A stretch of DNA of 64,000 nt from the human T2T-CHM13v2.0 reference genome, Homo sapiens. The notes beneath the pieces were generated by a model that worked only from the letters and a program-made list of their open reading frames with translations, was not told the DNA's origin and ran no database searches. The stretch is taken from assembly GCF_009914755.1 (NCBI RefSeq), contig NC_060935.1. One strand, written 5' to 3'. Position numbers and translations under genes: made by a program. Shown here one piece after another: positions 58,048-64,000 of the stretch. Each line of letters begins with the position of its first letter. The first letter of the stretch is position 1.

Positions 58048-60593
58048 GTATCTTCACATAAAATCTAGACAGAAGAATTCTCAGAAACTTCTTTGTTATG
58101 TGGGCATTCACCTCACAGAGTTGAACCTTCCTTTTGATAGAGCAGTTTTGAAACACTCTTTTTATAGCATCTGCAAGTTGATATTAGGACTGCTTTGAGG
58201 CTTTCATTGGAATCGAGAATATCTTCATATAAAAAGTAGAGAGCAGCATTGCCAGAAACTTCTCTGTGATGATGGCATTCAACTTACAGAGTTGAACATA
58301 CCTTTTCATAAATCAGTTTTGAAATACTCTTTTTGTAGCCTCTACAGTTGGATATTTGGAGAGCTTTGAGGCATGTGGTTGAAACGGGAATATCTCCACA
58401 TAAAAACTAGACAGAATCGTTCTCAGAAATTTCTTTGCGATGATTGCATTCAACTCAGAGAGTTGAACATACCTTTTCATAGAACAGTTTTGAAACACTC
58501 TTTTTGTAGAATCTACAAGTGAATATTGCGACCGCTTTGAGGCCTTCATTGGAAACGGGAATATATTCACATAAAAATGAGACAGAAGCAATCTCAGAAA
58601 CTTCTTTGTGATGTGTACATTCAACTCACAGAGTTGAACCTTTTTTTTGATAGAGCAGTTTTGAAACACTCTTCTTGTAGTATCTGCAAGTGGATATTTG
58701 GACTGCTTCGAGGCCTTTGTTAGAAACGGGATATCTTCACATAAGATCTAGACAGAAGCATACTCAGAAACATCCTTGTGATGTGTATATTCAACTCACC
58801 GAGTTGAACCTTCCTTTTAATAGAGCAGTTTTGAAACACTCTTTTTCTAGAATCTGCAAGTTGACATTTGGAGTGCTTTAAGGGCTATGCTGGAAAAGGA
58901 AGTATCTTCACATAAAAACTAGAAAGAAGCATTCCCAGAAACTTCTTTGTGATAATTGAATTCAACTCACGAAGTTGAACATTCCTTTTCATAGAGCAGT
59001 GTTGAAGCACTCTTTTTGTAGAATCTGCAAGTGGATATTTGGAGTGCTTTGAGGCCTTCATTGGAATCGGGAATATCTTCACATAAAAACTAGACAAAAG
59101 CATTCTCAGAAACTTCTTTGTGATGTGTGCATTCAACTCACAGAGTTGAATCTTCCTATTGATAGAGCAGATTTGAAACACTCTTTTTGTAGAATCTGCA
59201 AGTGGATATTTGCAGCACTATGAAGCCTACAGCTGAAACGGGAATATCTTCACATAAAAATTAGACAGAAGCATTCTCAGAAAGTTCTTTGTGATGCATG
59301 CATTCATGTCACAGAGTTGAACCTTACTTTTGATAGAGCAGTTTTGAAACACTCTTTTTGTAGAATCTCCAAGTGGATATTTGGACCGCTTTGAGGCCTA
59401 TGGTTGAAAGGGGAATATCTTCACATAAAAACCAGAAAAAAGCATTCTCAGAAACTTCTTTGTGATGATTGCATTCAATTCAGATTGTTTAACATGCCTT
59501 TTCATAGAGTGGTTTTTAAACACTCTTTTTGTAGAATCTGCCAAAGGATATTAGGACTGCTTTGAGGCCTTCATTGGAAATCAGGATATCTTCACATAAA
59601 AACTAGACAGACGCATTCTCAGAAACTACTTTGTGATGTGTGCATTCAACTCACAGAGTTGAACGTTGCTTTTGATAGAGCAGTTTTGAAACACTCTTTT
59701 TGTAGAATCTGCATGTGGATATTTGGTGCATTTTGAGGCCTACAGATGAAACGGGAATATCTTCACATAAAATCTAGACAGAAGCATTCTCAGAAACTTC
59801 TTTGTGATGATAAAATTCAACTAACAGAGTTGAACATACCTTTCCAGAGAGCAGTTTTTAAACACTCTTTTTGTAGGATCTGCAAGTGGATATTTGTACC
59901 GCTTTGAGGCCTTTGTTGGAAATTGGAATATCTTCACATAAAAACTAGACAGAAGCATTCTCAGAAACTTCTTTGTGATGTGTGCATTCAACTCACAGGG
60001 CTGAACCTTCCTTTTGATCGATCAGGTTTGAAACACACTTTTTGTAGAATCTGCCAGTGGATATTTGGAGCACTTTGAGTCCTACGGTTGAAAAGGGAAT
60101 ATCTTCACATAAAAAATAGACTGAATCATTCTCAGAAACTCCTTTGTTATGTGTGCATTCAACTGACGGATTTGAACCCTTCTTTTGATAGAGCAGTTTT
60201 GAAACACTGTTTTTGTACAATCTGCAAGTGGATATTTGGATGCTTTGAGGCATTCATTAGAAACGGGAATATCTTCACATAAAAACTATACAGAAGCATT
60301 CTCAGAAACTTCTTTGTTATTTGCGCATTCAATTCACAAAATTAAAGTGTCCTTTTGAAAGAGCAGTTTGGAAACACACTTTTTGTAGAATCCTCAAGTG
60401 GGTATTTGCACTGCTTGGAGCCCCTCTTTGGAAACGGGAATATCTTCACATAAAAACTAGACAGAAGCATTCTCAGGAACTTCTTTGTTATGTGTGCATT
60501 CAATTCACAGAGTTGAACATTCCTTTTGATAGAACAGTTATGAAACACTCTTTTTGTAGAATGTGCAAGTGGATATTTGGACTGCTTTTAGGC

Positions 60594-60610
60594 CTTCGTA
60601 GGAAACGGGA
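60594..60610 (+). other. CENP-B box
   Basis: CTTCGTAGGAAACGGGA, core intact. Confidence 0.88.
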
Positions 60611-63600
60611 ATATCTTCACATAAAAACTAGACAGAAGCATTCTCAGAAACTTCTTTGTGATGTGTGCATTCAACTCACAGAGTTGAACCTTCGTATTGA
60701 TAGAGCAGTATTGAAACACTCTTTTTGTAGAATCTGCAAGTGGATATTTGGAGAGCTTTGAGTCCTACAGTGGAAACGGGAATATCTTCACATAAAAACT
60801 AGACAGAAGCATTCTCAGAAACTTCTTTGTGATGTGTGCATTCAACTCACAGAATTGAACCTTTCTTTTGATAGAGCAGTATTCACACACTCTTTTTGTA
60901 GAATCTGCAAGTGGATATTTGGACCGCTTTGAGGACTATGGTTGAAACTGGAATATCTTCACATAAAATCTAGACAGAAGCATTCTCAGAATCTTCCTTC
61001 TGATGTGTGCATTCAACTCACAGGGTTGAACCTTTCTTTTGTTAGAGCAATTCTGAAACACTGTTTTAGTAGGATCTGCAAGTGGACATTTGGAACCCTT
61101 TGAGGCCTAGGGTGGAAAAGGAAATATCTTCACCTAAAAACTAGAGAGAAGCATTCTCAGAAACTTCTTTGTGATGTTTGCATTCAAGTCACAGAGTTGA
61201 ACATACCTTTTCTTAAAGCAGTTTTGATAAACTGTTTTTGTAGAATCTGCAATTGGATATTTGGATTGCTTTGTGGCCTTCATTGGAAACGGGAATATCT
61301 TCACATAAAAACTATATGAAGAATTCTCAGAAACTTCTTTGTAATGTGGGCATTCAACTGACAGAGTTGAGCCTTCCTTTTGATAGAGCAGTTTTCAAAC
61401 ACTCTTTTTGCAGAATCTGCAAGTGGATATTTGGAGCGATGTGAGGCCTATGGTAGAAAAGGAAATATCTTCATATAAAAACTAGACAGAAGCATTCTCA
61501 GAAACTAGTTTGTGATGTGTGCATTCAACTAACAGAGATGAACCTTCCCTTTGATAGAGCATTTTTGAAACATTTGTTTTGTAGAATATGAGTGTGGATA
61601 TTTGGTGCATTTTGAGGCCCACAGTTTAAATGGGAATATCTTCACATAAAAACTAGACAGAAGCATTCTCAGAAACTTCTTGTGAAGATTGTATTCAACT
61701 AACAGAGTTATACATACCTTTCCATAGAGCAGTTTTGAAACACTCTTTTTGTAGAATCTGCAAGTGGATATTTGGACCGCTTTGAGACCTTCTTTGGAAA
61801 GGGGAATATCTTCATTTAAAAATGAGACAGATGTATTCTCAGAAACTTCTTGTGATGTGTGCATTCATCTCACAGAGTTGAACCTTTCTTTTGATAGAGC
61901 AGTTTTGAAACACGCTTTTTGTAGACTCTGAAAGTGGATATTTAGAGCACGTTGAGTCCTACAGTTGAAACGGGAATATCTTCACATAAAAACTAGATAG
62001 AAGCATATTCAGTAACTTCATTTTTTGTGTGCATTCAACTCACAGAAGTCAACCTTTCTTTTGATAAAACAGTTTTGAAACACTCTTTTTGTAGAATCTG
62101 CTAGTGGATATTTGGACTGCTTTGAGGCCTTTGTTGGAAATGGGAATATCTGCACATAAAAACTACACAGAAGCATTCTCAGAAACTTCTTTTTTATGTG
62201 TGCATTCAACTCACAGAGTTTAATTTTTCTTTTGATAGAGCAGTTTTGAAACACTCTTCTTCTAGAATCTGCAAGTTGACATTTGGAGCGCTCTGAGGAC
62301 AATGGCGGAAAAGGAAGTATCTCCACATAAAAACTAGACAGAAGCATTCTCAGAAACTTCTTTGTGATGATTGCCTTCAACTCACAGAGTTGAACACACC
62401 TTTTCATAGAGCAGTTGTGAAACACCCTTTTTGTAGAATCTGCAAGTGGATATTGGGAACGCTTTGAGACCTTCGTTGGAAATGGGACTATCTTCACATA
62501 AAATCTAGACAGAAGCATTCTCAGAATCTTCTTTGTGATGTGCACATTCAACTCACAGAGTTGAACCTTCCTTCTGATGGAGCAGTTTTGAAACACTCTT
62601 TTTGTAGAATCTGCAAATGGATATTTGGAGCGCTTTGAGGCCTAAGGTTGAAACGGGGATATCTTCACATAAAAACTAGACAGAACCAGTCTCAGGAACT
62701 TCTTTGTCATGTGTGCATTCAGCTGAAAGAGTTGACCTTTTGTTTTGATAGAGCAGTTTTGAAACACTCTTTTTGTAGAATCTGCAAGTAGATATTTGGA
62801 CTGCTTTGAGGCCTGCTTTGGAAACGGGAATATCTTCACATAAAAACTAGACAGAAGCATTCTCAGAAACTTCTTTGTGATGTGTGCATTCAACTCACAG
62901 AATTGAACAATCCTTTTGATAGGGCAGTTTTGAAACACTCTTTTTGTAGTATCTGCAAGTGGATATTGGGACCGCTTTGAGGCCTTCATTGGAAACGGGA
63001 ATATCTTCACATAAAAACTAGACAGAAGCATATTCAGAAACTTCTTTGTGATGTCTGCATTTTGCTCATTGAGTTGAACCTTCGTTTTGGTAAAGCAGTT
63101 TTGAAACACTCTTTTTGTAGAATCTGCAAGTGGATATTTGGAGAGCTTTGAGGCCTTCGTTGGAAACAGGAACATGTTCACATAAAAACTAGACAGAAGC
63201 ATTCTCAGAAACTTCTTTGTGATGTGTGTATTGAAGTCACAGAGTTGAACCTTCCTTTTGATATAGCAGTTTTGAAACACTCTTTTTGTGGAATCTGCAA
63301 GTGGATATTTGTACTGCTTTGGTGCCTTCATTGGAAACGGGAATACCTCCACATATAAACTAGACAGAAGCATTCTCAGGAACTACTTTGTTATGTGTGC
63401 ATTCAATTCACAGAGTTAAACCTTCCTATTGAGAGAGCAGTTTTGCAACACTTTTCGTAGAATCTGCAAGTGGATATTTGGAGAACTTTGAGGCCTGTGG
63501 TTGAAACGGGAATATCTTCATATAAAAACTAGACAGAAGCATTCTCAGAAACTACTTTGTGATGATTGTGTTCAACTCACAGAGTTGAACATACCTTTTC

Positions 63601-64000
63601 ATAGAGCAGTTTTGAAACACTCTTTTTGTAGAATCTGCAAGTGGATATTTGGACTGCTTTGAGGCCTACGGTTGAAATGGGAATATCTTCACATAAAAAC
63701 TAAACAGAATCATTCTCAGAAACTACTTTGTGTTGAGTGCATTCAACTTAGAGACTTGAACCTTCCGTTTGATAGTGTAGTTTTGAAACATTCTTTTTGT
63801 AGTATCTGCAAATGGATATTTGGAGCAATTTCAGGTGTATGGTTGAAACCGGAATATCTTCATGTAAAAACTAGACAGAAGCATTATCAGAAACTTCTTT
63901 TTGATGATTGCATTCAATGCACAGAGTTGAACATACCTTTTCATAGAGCACTTATGAAAAACTCTTTTTGTAGAATCTGCAAGTGAATATTTGGACCTCA

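Larger units (their letters stand above)
53200..64000 (+). repeat. Mixed A/B alpha satellite (SF5-like), continuing beyond the window
   Basis: 171-bp units with many B-type, decayed-B and hybrid boxes. Confidence 0.98.

Overview
This window is primate, very probably human, pericentromeric DNA. About 55 kb is divergent (monomeric) 171-bp alpha satellite, all in one orientation, and I see no homogeneous live HOR. The satellite is layered. A-box-only monomers occupy ~1-25.8 kb, including an embedded block of two alternating monomer types at ~2.3-20.4 kb. A transition zone at ~26-30 kb leads into a mixed A/B (SF5/R1R2-like) layer with scattered intact and CpG-decayed CENP-B boxes. Three LINE-1 insertions interrupt the satellite. 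The first is an older ~2 kb 5'-inverted L1PA2-like element (36217-44251). Nested inside it is a full-length L1HS pre-Ta element (36592-42649) with an intact 1275-aa ORF2 and intact ORF0, but with ORF1 broken by two CGA>TGA stops. The third is a ~0.9 kb 5'-inverted L1PA3-like element (52294-53199). The many satellite ORFs are artefacts of the 171-bp (57-codon) period. I found no evidence for a new gene system. The notable signals are structural: nested L1s, a shared L1 target position in the monomer, a propagated 77-bp deletion monomer, a fold-back-seeded microsatellite, pJalpha/CENP-B intermediate boxes and fossil block duplications. All alignments were done by eye; subfamily and layer names come from recalled consensus sequences.
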